Source: Macrostomum lignano (lineage: Eukaryota). From it: 64,000 bases of DNA. The notes under the pieces were generated by a model. It did no database searches, was not told the origin of the DNA, and was given only the letters and a program-made list of their open reading frames with translations. Numbering within the stretch: the first letter of the stretch is position 1; the number at the start of each line of letters is the position of its first letter. A program made the position numbers and the translations under genes. Location of the stretch: NCBI GenBank assembly GCA_002269645.1, contig NIVC01000302.1, forward strand, positions 630,580 through 694,579, written 5' to 3'. Shown here in pieces: positions 29,101-41,013 of the stretch.

Positions 29101-30892
29101 AAATGCTATATACTAAAAATAGTTACAATACTACTTAGCGATCAAAGCTAAAGCTATATTGAATTCATAAGTAATCATAATGAATAACAAGTTTGATTTA
29201 AAAAGAAGCTTTCATTTTTTTAATTCTCTAAAGTAAATATATATAAAACCTAGTCTAGCTAAGACTAAGTTATTGGCTAAAAATGCTGAGCTAGCCAAGC
29301 AAGGCCCTAAATCATAAAATTGAAGGCAAAAAACAATAAAGATACAAGGCAAAAATTATTTTGAAAAAAAAGAAAATAGAGATTAGGTTAAAATCATACT
29401 AATGTTTATACTATAAGATTCTAGGATCTTAGAGTTAGACTTAACTAAATTGCAACTAGAAACAAATAATATGTAACCATGCCAAACTAAGTTGCTTAGT
29501 TGTAACTAGACCTAATTAGGCTATATTCTAAGTTTTTTATGCATAAGGTATTGGGGTATTTTTTATGCAAAAAATTTTCTGTCTTGAACTTTTTAAGGTT
29601 TTTAATTTAAAAAAAAATAATAAATTAAAATAAATTAAATTAAACTTTTTAATAAGAGTAACCCTCAATCTTAAAGAGCGGCCAATATGTATTAAAAAAA
29701 ATTCTTTTTCAGTAGCTACCACATATGCAAACACACTTTTGTAATTTAATTTCATTTAAAAAATTCAAATTAAAAACTCTGACTTTTCAATCAATCAATT
29801 GATCTTTTTTTCATCTGATCAATGATTATATTCATAGCAGCTGTGCTTATAAGCTCCAATATTAGACACAGCCACCCACTGTGTCTCTAAGTGTGAACCC
29901 ATTCAATATTAATGACATGGCCACCCATTGTGTCTTTAAGTGTGAACCCATTTAATATTAACAACATGGCTACCCACCGTGTCTCTAAGTATGAACCTAT
30001 TCAATATTAATGACACGGCTACTGTGCAAAGTTTCATTGACACAGCAGCCATGTCTCTAATAGTGACTAGGTCTATACTTATAGACATGGCAGCCATGTC
30101 TATAATGCAAAAACTTAGAGACATGGTGGCCATGTCTATAAGTATGGGCCTAGTTGTGCTATTAGAGACATAGCTGCCATGTCTATAAGTTTTTGCATTA
30201 TAGACACAGTCGCCATGTCTCTAAGTGCAGCATTAAATACAGTCTTATAACTGATTTTTAAGCCTTATTTGCATTACCTTAAAATAAGATCCAGACAACA
30301 AGACAAGAGGTCAAGCCTCAAGTATACTTTGGACTTAAACATAATAAAATATAGATGTCTATATTCTTAGTTTTTTAAAATAAGAGAAATTGCATTCTAA
30401 GCCTTAAAATTGTACCTTGAAATTGGGTAAGACCTACAAGGTGCAATTTTATACATTGTTTCTAGCAAAAACCCATTTCTATATTTCTGTAGAAAAACAT
30501 TTTTATGGAAAAACCAAGCCACATAAGTAATATATATATAAATCAAAGAAGTTAAACCCTAGCTAGGCTAGGCCTAGACTAGAGCAAAGATACAAAGGCC
30601 TTTTTATGGCAAAATATATAATTATCCTTTTACTAAAAGCTTTTTGCTGATATTATAAAATATTTGCTCTATGATTCCACTATGGATTGATTGATACAAG
30701 TACAAATAATAATTAATATGTACTTTAATAATCAAAATTATAGCTTAGAAGTGCAATAAAATTGACCTAGTTCCTCGCAGTTTGATAAATAAAAAAGAGT
30801 CTTAAAACAGTTTAACTCACATCTTCTTCTTGCAAGGAAGCTGCCAAAGGCAAACCATCTGTAATTCTGGCTATCATAGTTAGAAGAATCAT
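26120..30892 (-). CDS. SEC22B: Vesicle-trafficking R-SNARE SEC22B, 3 exons: 30892-30821, 27838-27729, 26585-26120 (215 aa)
   Basis: Exon 1 [24 protein letters not shown]; exon 2 [36 protein letters not shown](H); exon 3 longin end, SNARE motif ([21 protein letters not shown]) and C-terminal TM helix. Introns are GT..AG and the joined CDS is 648 nt. Exons 1 and 2 are absent from the ORF track and were read manually. Confidence 0.95.
26615..27525. repeat. 35-bp minisatellite (AATAAGAGTGCACTCATTCACCAATCCACTTGTTT) in SEC22B intron 2
   Basis: ~25 copies; the unit contains the palindrome GAGTGCACTC. Confidence 0.97.
29860..30230. repeat. Degenerate palindromic repeats (GACAYGGCAGCCATGTC-like) in SEC22B intron 1
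   Basis: Several variants in both orientations that differ at CG/TG/CA positions. Confidence 0.65.
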
Positions 30893-32969
30893 TTTGAAGC
30901 CTTTGTCTTTGGGAGTTGTGGGCAGCTAAATCAAGAGTTGGATTAGAGACTGAAAGAAAAAATAAATGAGCTTGGTAAAAATAGAAAATCAATGTCAAAT
31001 TTGCAATGGCAGCCAATGAAATTTTGAAACTAAATTTAAAATTACTACAGAGAGAATGGATAGATAGATGTAGGGGGTGATGATGTCCGACCGGCGACGT
31101 GTAAATGTTTCGAAGTAAAAATAAGTTTAAAGTTATCGAACAGATAAACGCAGCTAAACACAGCCAATCAAATTAATCGATAGTTAAACACAATATATAT
31201 AAATTTCTATTGCTAAACTTATAAAAAACTATTTTTAACTTAAAAGTTATGTGTCTACTTCTTGGGGTTGAACTAGGCTAGGCCTACACTATCAATGTAT
31301 TGGAAATTTTGTAGAGTGCGGTGCGACGGGCATTCACTTTGCTAGTTCAGGGTTTTTCTTATACTCATGTCATGTTTTACTCCTGATGAGACAGAATATA
31401 ATGTACTGAATGAATTTTCACGACTACAAGTAAAATGCTGATGGAAATTCTCAGGCCCATATGGATGCATGTATCTCTATTCCTATCTCACATTTGAAAT
31501 TCCCCTAAATTTGTACTGTTCCCAGTATTATTATTATTTCGTTGTTTGCTTTTGGGATTGAGTAGACTACAAGTTTCTTGCAAGAATTCCTAGCTAATCG
31601 ATGGATTCCTGTGAGTCCGAGATTAATTTGCTCGGAGATCTATGGAATCGAATGCGCCTTTTAACGCCTAAAACGATCTGATGGGTTTCGACCTTTCGGC
31701 CCCCTTGTGGGGAAGCCTTCGGGCCTCAGGCCTCAGAAATAAATCAATTAGAGTCCTGGCCCCCCACTCCTGTCAGATGGTCAGCCCCATGGTAGCTTGA
31801 TCGTGTGGCCAGCAGTCTAGGTCCTATAGCCAAGAGAGGGACAGCGAGAGACAAGCAGGGAGAATTTTGAAGGTAGAAATTAGCTAATCCGCAGATCAAC
31901 TAACTTGCTGCCACCAGCCCGTACGCCCTGGCTCACCACACCGGGGCTCTCGAAATCGGGCTTCCGACTAGAAGGGGCTTTGCACTTGCCTGCCAACTGG
32001 TGTCTTTTTGCTGTCAATCTCGAAGTCATAGCCGATGATAAGGGACACTGCTGGGACTAGATCGCATTGGCCATGCAGGTACAGAGGGGACTTGTGCAGG
32101 GGATTCTTGCAGTGGCGAGTCTATGGGGTAGCTACATGTACTATTATTACATTGCTAAATACGAAGATTTGTACTTTTGGCCTTCAACGCGCCAACTAGC
32201 CTCTCATAGCGCTGATGATAGACTAACTCGAACTTCAGAGACCGCATGATTCATTACCCGAGCCGCTTGGCTAACCTAGAGTGCACAAAGTACATCTCTG
32301 GCGCCGATTCTGCACTTTTGGCAGTTTCGCTAACTGATTTGATAGATTGATCGACTGAGAACTGCCTTGCCATTGGTCCACTGTGACCGGTGCCTACTAG
32401 CTTAGCTACTCATCTGAGCCATCGGCGAACAAAGAAATAAAACCGATAAAAATAACTGTTAGATTTAACCTTCTCCTTAGATCACTTCACACCTCAGATT
32501 GAATTGGAGTTTCAGACTACTAGCAGTATTATTAAGTGATCTCTGCCTCAGTAACAGCCCTACTGAACAAAATGAGCAAAAGTGTGCGCCTAATTCAGCT
32601 ACTGAAACAGGGGACAGACAGGGAATCACCCAATCAAGCAAGGCTAGGTAGCCTCTCACCCAACCAATCAGAAACTCAACAGCCGGAGACCAGGTAATCC
32701 ACAGTGACCGAATCGGCTTGATGCTTCGCAGCTGTAGACTCGGGATGATGCAGTCACAGTCTTCGCAGATAGCTAGCAGGTGATGCTCTTCGCTTAATGT
32801 TCGCTGCTGGTGACTGGGGGATTCGTCCTTGATGATGATGGGGGGAAGTCGCAATCCGGGGATCAAGAAACGACGGTCAGTTCCTGGCCGGTGGAGCAGG
32901 AACGAGGTTGGGCGAAGCGCAGCGTCGCGAAGCGGTTCGCCGCGGATTTCAGCGGTCCGTGCGGGCCAA

Positions 32970-33115
32970 AAACTCCGGTTTAAATAGCCGCCAACTGGAC
33001 CGCAGTTTGTTATAATGGAACACGTCGATTCTGATTCGCTGAGCCGTTTTGTTAAAATGAGCGCCGAATTTTCTGATTGGCTAAGCTTGTTGCTACCCAG
33101 AATCACGTGACCGAG
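32970..33115 (-). promoter_or_regulatory. Candidate core-promoter cluster (TCACGTGA E-box, CCAAT, TATTTAAA) oriented toward SEC22B
   Basis: On the minus strand the motifs occur in promoter order ~2.1 kb upstream of the SEC22B ATG. A strong 3' splice site (tttattttttctttcag) ends at 30950, 58 nt before that ATG. No transcript evidence. Confidence 0.3.
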
Positions 33116-34282
33116 AGATCCTATCAGTTCCCACAGGGTCGTAAAAAGATGACAGGTGCGGCCATAAATCACTCAAAATCGCAACAAAATGATTTATGAC
33201 TTTTCGCGTAGGATTGACAGAAATTAATGAAAAAATATACATTAGAAAGCTCTTATTAAATAGAAGGTGAAGGTAATGAAGAGAAACTGCTAATCGCTAA
33301 TCCCAAAGTACTTTTAGGGGTAAAACGCATGGCTGTCAAAGCTGTCACACGCTTGAGTGAACCCGAACAATAGGCTCTGACCTCATAATTCTTGATGGCC
33401 TGTCAAAATGATGAGAAAAAAGCTACCGCCCGCATCCTCTCAGACCATCTGGCGCCCGCCTCAACACTGAGTGAGGCGCAGGTGGCTGTCAGACCAGCTT
33501 CGAAAGCGATGATTTACGACCCAAAAAGCTGCGCCTATGTTATTATGACTACTAGTATGACCAAACATTATATCTAGTATAGATTCTATGACAATTCGCA
33601 GAAAAAGGATAAAAATGCCCATTGCCCACTGTTAGTAGGCAAGTAAGTTTAGAGCCCATGTGCTAGCGCGGGATTTGGGAAAAAGTGTGTCCTCATCAGA
33701 TCACTATATTGGTTTCAATTTTTCGGTGTCAAGCAAACACTAATGTGTGGCTTAGCTCTTTTAGAATCTTTCGTAGTTAATATTATGTAGAAATTTGAAC
33801 AGGCATAGTCCTTAATTTTTAGATTTGCCATCAAATCAAAAAGCGGAATCTCACAGTCTAGACATCAAGGACCACTGTATGTAGCTATATATACAGTGGT
33901 CCTTGAGTCTAGACACAGAGATCCATATGATATATGTATATTTATCTAAATGGTAAACAAATCTAAATGCTATCATTTTTAGTACTACGTGTTACAATCG
34001 AATATCAGTCTTCTCAAAAGCTCAAAATTTTGTTAACCAATTTACACGCTACCAAAGTATTGCTGTATAGTACTCTCTACAACACTTGTACCTGCAAAAC
34101 GTCAGTTCTGATACAAGTCTGACTTTGAGCTAGTTATATAAAGTCACTATTTTTCACATAAGAGACAAAATTTATATTTCAGCATTAGCATTATTAAATA
34201 TATTTCCGTGAAGGCGATTTTCGTGACTCAGGCAACTCAAGCAGTGTTTCCTGCATAGATCTATAAGCTGTTTATTGTCAAA

Positions 34283-35035
34283 CTAGTCAAAGGGAGAGAC
34301 GCATTCGCAGAGGACACCGAATGCCTCTCTTGAAGTGTCCAGCAGGTCGGACAGTTTTGGATAGCCTTTGTAACGGACAGTCACATTCTGACTCGGGTTG
34401 TCGTTTGGCTCTCTGCAACACCAGAGAGTTGAGTCGATCGGGAGACCGCAGCTCGCCCAGATCCAGCCTCCATCCGGCTCCGCACTGCCTGCTGGCTGCA
34501 CACCTCCGAGAAACGTACCCGTGCTCGAACGGTCGCAAAGCATGTCGATGTGGCTCATCTCGGCTGCATCCATCGCATCGGCCATGATCACCAAGCCGGG
34601 CTCGCTGTCGCACTTGGCCTTGCTCGGCTTCCAGAACTCAATTCCGGGGTACAGCTTGTACTTTGTCCCACACAAGTCGTCGCCATAGCCAGCGGGACAC
34701 AGAGTGCCAGCTCGAAGTCGTTGGTCCTCACGACGGACGAACACGCGACCTCGCGAGCTGCAGTCGCAGTCGCGCACTCGCTTGCTGCACCGATCGAACA
34801 CGAACAGCCGACAGACACGGGAACTCGTGGCCGTCTCCATGGTGAACGCCTTGCACAGGGGCCCCGCAATGCATTGAGAGGCGCATTCAATTTTCGAATC
34901 GGCATTCGGCAGGTCTCGAGTGAACTCGTCTCGGATGCACAAGAAGCCGTCCACCACGTTGAACTCTTCCAATTTTGAAGTCACTTTTTCAAATATTGTC
35001 GCAGTCAGCAGACAGATGAGTAGTATTTTCTTCAT
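34283..35035 (-). CDS. Secreted PAN/Apple + C-type lectin domain protein, intronless, 250 aa (copy 1, intact)
   Basis: Hydrophobic signal peptide; PAN-like Cys pattern (ECASQC..CKAF..C); CTL features (KYKL..W..SKAKC, FLGG, GWIW, WCCREPND..KLSD..LCEC); AATAAA just after the stop. Confidence 0.85.
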   Translation of the reverse strand: MKKILLICLLTATIFEKVTSKLEEFNVVDGFLCIRDEFTRDLPNADSKIECASQCIAGPLCKAFTMETATSSRVCRLFVFDRCSKRVRDCDCSSRGRVFVRREDQRLRAGTLCPAGYGDDLCGTKYKLYPGIEFWKPSKAKCDSEPGLVIMADAMDAAEMSHIDMLCDRSSTGTFLGGVQPAGSAEPDGGWIWASCGLPIDSTLWCCREPNDNPSQNVTVRYKGYPKLSDLLDTSREAFGVLCECVSPFD

Positions 35036-35586
35036 TGTAAACTGTTTAGGATAGCATCAGGCTGATCCCCTGCGCATTCGTCATATTCGAGCTGCTTAAA
35101 TACATTGAATGCAATTAAAAGTCACCAAACGACAGGTAATGACAGTCAATAATTAAAATCAACACTTCGGACAATGATGACGAAGGAATTCGATAAATAT
35201 TGGCTCCTCATTAATTATTTTCTATTTTAGAGTCGTTGAATCGTTTTTATTGAAACGGACGCAAGTATCGGTCTGTAGACACTGTTTTTTTGTGAGTAGT
35301 TTGCTCATCAATTAGCATTAATGGAATAGGAAAAGTCGATTGTTTACCGTATCCTAGTCAAGGATTTGATGGCATGCGTAGCTTCGAAATCCATTTACTA
35401 GCTTTTACATTTGCTCGTTCCTATACTGTCGAACGTCTCAGTCGCATTCGTAAAGTCTACAGTCAATTTCTAGCTTGCATTCCATCATTAAGGCTTCCGG
35501 ATTGAATATTAATCTTTTGATATGTTTTGCCTTTTTTATAGCTCTTATTGATATTGATAAAGCTTTTTGTTTAGAAAATTAGGGTT

Positions 35587-36444
35587 TGTCACGTTATTGG
35601 CGTAGTGGCTAGGACCCTTAAAAGGGCCGTTTGACGAGAATATTGTCGTAAGTCGTTGTAGTCCCAAAATGAATCGAAGTCAATTCTTGCAAAACGGATT
35701 GTGTAGCGGAGCACTTGGCGTATAAGGGCAGGAAACTGCCGTAGTTAATTTATTGTTGAGATCAATATTAGAACTGGTTAATGTCAATACAAAACTTATT
35801 GCGCTTTGAGACACTGGCGGCTGCAACAATGGTTTTGAAGGTAATTTAGAATGATGAAGTCGAGTAGCAGACGAAGGATACAATGGTGACGTAACGTGGT
35901 GGGTGATGGCGATGAGCACAGTGGAAGCAGTGAGTAGCAAGTATACGGGCAGATAAGTAGCGGCGAGAATGGCGTTAGCCGTGGCAGTACACAGTGGAGT
36001 AACGGTGTATAAACAGGCGGGCCCAGACAGAGGAGCCGTGGCGAGAGATAAGGAGGCTCGAGGCAGCCAGGCGAGAGAAGGAAAACGAGACGAAAACGCA
36101 AGGGCCGCAAGGGAGCAAAGAGAAAGCAAAGAGAAAGCCAAGTGAAGGCCCCCCAGGCCACCGCCAGGCGGGGGTTAATAAAGGGGCGCAGAAGGGTTAG
36201 CATAAAACACGGAGAGTTTTCATTGGCTGGCGGGAGAACTTGAAATTATCGATCGTGCTAGATTTTACAGACGAACGCAAGGTTTACCAAATACACAGTG
36301 AATTAGCAATTGATACAGATTAGTTGCACGCCACTACAAGTAAACGTTAAAATAAACTATTGGAGAAATTTAAGTGAGAAATTGCAAGGGAAACTACAGT
36401 CCAACGGCCCTTTTGCGGGACCTCCTTAAACTAGCAACGTCACA
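35587..36444. mobile_element. 858-bp TGT..ACA element with imperfect ~45-bp terminal inverted repeats and a GGTT 4-bp TSD (Ginger-like non-autonomous element or gypsy solo LTR)
   Basis: Left end TGTCACGTT..AAAAGGGCCGTTTGAC; right end (reverse complement) TGTGACGTT..AAAAGGGCCGTTGGAC; GGTT at 35583-35586 and at 36445-36448. Confidence 0.65.
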
Positions 36445-36497
36445 GGTTTTATGTTAATTTTTTAGTTTGCGTATAATTGCATATGTCCCGTTTTTTT

Positions 36498-36672
36498 CGG
36501 GGGGGGGGGTGGTTTCACAAGGTCGAAATTTCACAACGTGGAAAACTTAATATAACAAAAACCATGCAGTATTTTTCTACATTTTGAAATTTTGAGCTTA
36601 TGAAGTTTCGACCTTGTGAAAGAAGGTGCTTTCGACGTTGTGAAATTTTGAGCTTATGAAAACCCCCCCCCC
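36498..36672. mobile_element. Short degenerate MITE related to 19583-20301
   Basis: Gn-TGGTTTCACAAG..AAATTTCACAACGT on the left and its inverse GACGTTGTGAAATTTTGAGCTTATGAAAAC-Cn on the right. Confidence 0.55.
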
Positions 36673-38106
36673 AAAAAAAAAATTAAAATGTCACGGTTCA
36701 TCTCATTGGTTTTATGAATCTATTTTAAGATTCTTAGCTGGCTGTGTAACAATATGTGTAACAGAGATGATAAAATAGATTCATAAAAGTAAAAACCACA
36801 TGGTCAAGCTGTGCCATGCATTTTATGATTTTTTAGGTACTGGAATGTACGTAGAATAAAAAATTAATAGAATCATGAATCATGAAATAGAATCAAAAAA
36901 AGAAGTTTCTATGATATTCATTAGAGCTATTAGAAAGGCAGAACATATATCAAATGATGAACATTGGATCTGCCTCCTATCGAAAGCAATAACAATTTTT
37001 GTGGTGAAAAATTCAATCTTCCTATCTCCGTAGTGCATTTTTCGAAAAATCCTGCCTCCTAAATTTTCCGGGAAACGTATAGTAGTTTCCCCGTCCTTCT
37101 ATTTGAGTAGTCCTTGGGACGATATAAATTGCAAACGAGTTGTGAAGCTTCTCGAAAGAAAACAAATTACTGTCATTTCTGTGAAACAAGTATTTATTTG
37201 GCACTCAGTTTATCGGAACAGACAATCGATGGTTTCAAAATGCAGGTTGAAATTCACCGCTTTGATGAAAATGTCCAAAACATCTACAAGAATTGCTTAG
37301 TTACAGCTCTACAGCTGCATCACCCGCATAGAATATTTTAATAGCACCCTGCCAACGTGTTTCATGAATGCTGGGATTGTAATACTTAGACAAACACCTC
37401 GCCAAAAGAGCTAAAATGCTAATCTCCCAACGAAAGATGGCTATTTACTCGTACGCGTAGTAAGCGAAAAACAGGCTCAAATTTCCTCTCAATTTATTCA
37501 TCTACCACTTGAATTTGGCATGGAAATCGTGACAATTGCATTGCTCTTCAGAACGCGCTTCATTCCAGGCAAACACAAATACCTGATATAAATACTGAGC
37601 AGCCGTCGCCTTTGCTTTTACCTAATTTACCGTCGGTCGCTACCGTTGCGTCCATCCTTTTTTTTAAACTCTGAACAAAATTAGCCACTTGATGAAGCAG
37701 TTGCTACCCTGAATCACTGGAAGCGATGTGGTCAGCTCTGCTCCGGACACTCCTCGGCTTCATTCTGGCTACTCGGCCGGTTCCAGGGAGCGCCTGCCAC
37801 ATGAAGGACGAGTTCAGCGCAATCGAAGGATTCCTGTGCATCCGAGACGAGTTCGTCAGAGTCGTGCCGCGAGCTCGCACCGAGCTCGACTGCTCCATTC
37901 AGTGCAGATCGGAGCCCCTGTGCAAGGCGTTCGCCATGGAGACTGTCGTGGGCTCCCGTGTCTGTTGTCTGTTCGTGTTCGATCGGTGCAGCAAGCGAGT
38001 GCGCGACTGCGACTGCAGCTAGCGAGGTCGCGTGTTCGTCCGTCGTGAGAACTGTAAGACCAGAATTGCGAGAAAATCTTCACCAGGCCGTTGGGCCACC
38101 GGATTA

Positions 38107-41013
38107 GGTTTCCGCGCTCCACCAGGCCGTTGCCACTCGGATGAAACGGGGAAGTTCGAGTCTTCCGCATACCGAGCTGCTCACACAGAGACTGAAACAG
38201 CTGGCTCTCAAATTGCCGGCCCTGGTCACTGTGAATCGTGTCCGGAACTCCGTGACGTAGGGCTACTTGATGGACCAGAACATCAGCAACTCGCTCGGCT
38301 TCGATACTTGGTAGAGCACGGGTTTCCATCCATTTGGAGAAGCAGTCGCAGATGCTCAGAATGTAGCTGTTGTCTCGAGGCGTCCTTGGCAACGGCCCCT
38401 TAATGTCGATTTGCACGGTCTCCCACGGTCGCGCCGGCTGTGCTGTACTCTGCAGTGGAGCTCGCTGAGGGCGACTATTGTTCTTGCGCCGAAGGCATGC
38501 TGCACAGCTGGCGACCCAGTTCTGGACATCCTGCTGCATTTTTGGCCACCAGCAGCGCTCACGCAACTTCTGTAGTGTTCTGTCCGCGCCGAGGTGACCG
38601 CTAGCGGCTGCATCGTGGGCGTCGGCCAGGAACTCGGCTCGCAGATGGCTCGGAACGACCGGCTTTCCTTGCCTGACCAGCGCGCCATGCGGTCCGATCT
38701 CAATTCCGTCATCGCCCAAGAACTCCTCGACCTTCTGCTGACCGCTGTTGGACAGGTGCTCGCGTCCCTCGGTGAGCGCCTTGAAGACACTCTGCAGAAG
38801 CGCATCGCGCTGCTGTTCCTCTAGGAAGTCTTGATCCCTGCTGCTGTCGAGCTGAGTGGTGGCGGTTCGACTCAACATGTCCGGGACGACATTCTCTCGA
38901 CCCGGCCGATAGCAGAGCGTGAAGTTGAACTGCTGAATCGTGTCAAGCCAGCGCGCCAGACGCCCTTCAGGTTCCTTTGTCTGTAGCAGGCCCTTCAGTG
39001 GCTGATGATCGGTGAACGCGGTGAAGTGCTTTACGTTACACAGGTATGACCTGAAATGTTTTAGGCTCCAGACTAAGGCGAGCAGTTCTCTGTCGGTAGC
39101 TGAGTAGTTCCTTTCTGCCTTATTCAGAGTTCTTGAGGCAAAAGCGACTGGCAGTTCCGAATCTCCGTGTGCCTGACTGAGAACCGCGCCGACTGCAAAT
39201 GCGCTTGCATCGCAACTCAGGATGAAGGGCCGGCTAAAATCTGGGAGTCTAAGCACGGGAGCCTGGCAGATCATTTCCCTTAGTTTGGTGAAAGCGCTCT
39301 CACACTCATCCGTCCAGGTGAAGCCGGTCTTTTGCGTTGCTGCATGCAGAGGCGCGGCTATCCTGCTGAAGTCTTGGATGAATCGCCGGTAAAATCCCAG
39401 CATGCCGATGAATCGCCTCACTTCCTCAGCTGAACCCGGCGTCTTAATCTTCGATAAAGCTTCCACCTTACTGGGGTCTGGCTGAATTCCTTCGCTGCTG
39501 ACCACATGGCCCAGGTACCTGACACTACGGTACGCAAACACGGACTTATCCTTGTTCAGTTTCAGACCAGCGCTTCGAAGCCGTTCAAAAACCCGTCGTA
39601 GGCTGACTAGATGCTGATCAAAGCTCTTACTGAACACTATTAGATCATCCACGTAGACCAGGACCTCCTCCCATGTGAGGCCAGACATGATTAGCTCCAT
39701 TAGTCGTTGGAACGTAGCCGGCGAGTTGCACATTCCAAATCCCATTTTCTTGAACTGCATGAGTCCTCTGGTAGAGTAAAACGCCGTCTTGTAGCGGTCG
39801 GCTTCCTCAACTTCCACTTGATTGAAACCCTGCTTGCAATCGATTGTCGTGAACCAAGAGCAGCCTGAGAGCGCGTCCATGGACTGTTGTAGGTGTGGGA
39901 GCGGATAGGCGTCCTTTACCGTAGCGGCATTCATCTGGCGCCAGTCAGTGCAGATGCGGATGTCTCCGTTCTTTTTCTTGACCACGATCAAATTGCTGGC
40001 CCATGGAGAGCTAGACGGCTCAATGATGTCGTGCGCAAGCATCTGGCCAATCTTGTCGTCGACTCGGTCTCTCAGCGGCAGGGGGAGCGGGCGCTGGCGC
40101 TGCCTGAATGGCCGTGCTCCGGGCTCGAGCTCGATGTGGTGCTTTAGTACGCTTGTGGAGCCGAGGTCAAACTCGTGAGTGCTGAACAGGTCGTCGTTGG
40201 CTTTCAAGATGGTCATCAGCTTGTCTCTTTCTAGCTCTGTCAGTTCGGGGTTCACGTCCCAGTTCTTCAGTTTCTCCTTCACGTTCCCAACCGGTTCGAG
40301 TACATCAGCAGCTTCGAATTCACCGACTGCTTTGTTGGCATACAGTGTTACTGCCTCGGATCCCAGATTGCACATGAGAACGGGAATCCTCTGATCGGCG
40401 GACAAGGCGAGAACTCGGGATGCCAGCAGACCGGTCTCTTGCGTAAACTCCGCATTCGGCTCGAAAACGCCCTGCTCATCTTTTGACTTCACTCGCAGCC
40501 AGACCAGCTTCTCACTCCTGGCGGGGACGTTGATGTTGCACTCAATGCGGGCCACCAGGGTCCCGGTCACCATTTGAATTTTTGAGCTGTTGGTGAAAAA
40601 CGGCACGGCCTCATTATTAAAGAAGACAGTCTTGTTGTTGATGTTAATCCGTAGCTCGCTGGTTGCCCGACCGATAAAGTCCATCCCTAGGATAAGGTCT
40701 ACGCTTATTCCCTCTACGACGTTGAATACATGGTCCAATCGAGTCGTCTCTCCAACTTGAACTGTTCCCCGGGCTGTTCCGAGGCACTGCAGGCGACTAC
40801 CGTCTACTGACCTTGGACAGCAGCTGCTCCCAGACTCGAGCTGCAGGCCGCATGACCGCATGAGGCTGTGGCTGATGAGGGATGTCTGTGCACCAGTGTC
40901 GAGCAGGAAGCAGACCGGCTTTTCTTGCAGCAGGGCACGCACAAAAACAGAATGAGCAGTCTGGGCACTTACTTGGCGGGTTGGGGCTGGCCCGTCGCCT
41001 CCAACCCTCAGAA
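38107..41013 (-). CDS. pol: Gypsy Pol (protease, RT, RNase H, integrase truncated just after the catalytic Glu)
   Basis: LLDTGA; ICTDWRQMN..KDAYPLP; YVDDLIV; CDASAFAVGAVL; YSATDRELLA; FTDHQPL; HHCC zinc region (GHLG..CAAC); QIDIKGP; HSDQGRQF; PFHPSGNGLVER. Confidence 0.93.

Noticed and set aside
32477-33172. 231-aa ORF as a gene
   Set aside because: Non-ATG start, no recognisable domain, and it overlaps promoter-like motifs.
33670-33715. CTGATGA near GAAA (minus strand) as a hammerhead ribozyme; also checked 31383
   Set aside because: No stem II followed by GAAA, and no closing stems in the required order.
37856-38106. C-terminal tail of the 1028-aa pol ORF
   Set aside because: Read-through across the deletion filler, the LTR remnant and the antisense lectin sequence; not integrase.
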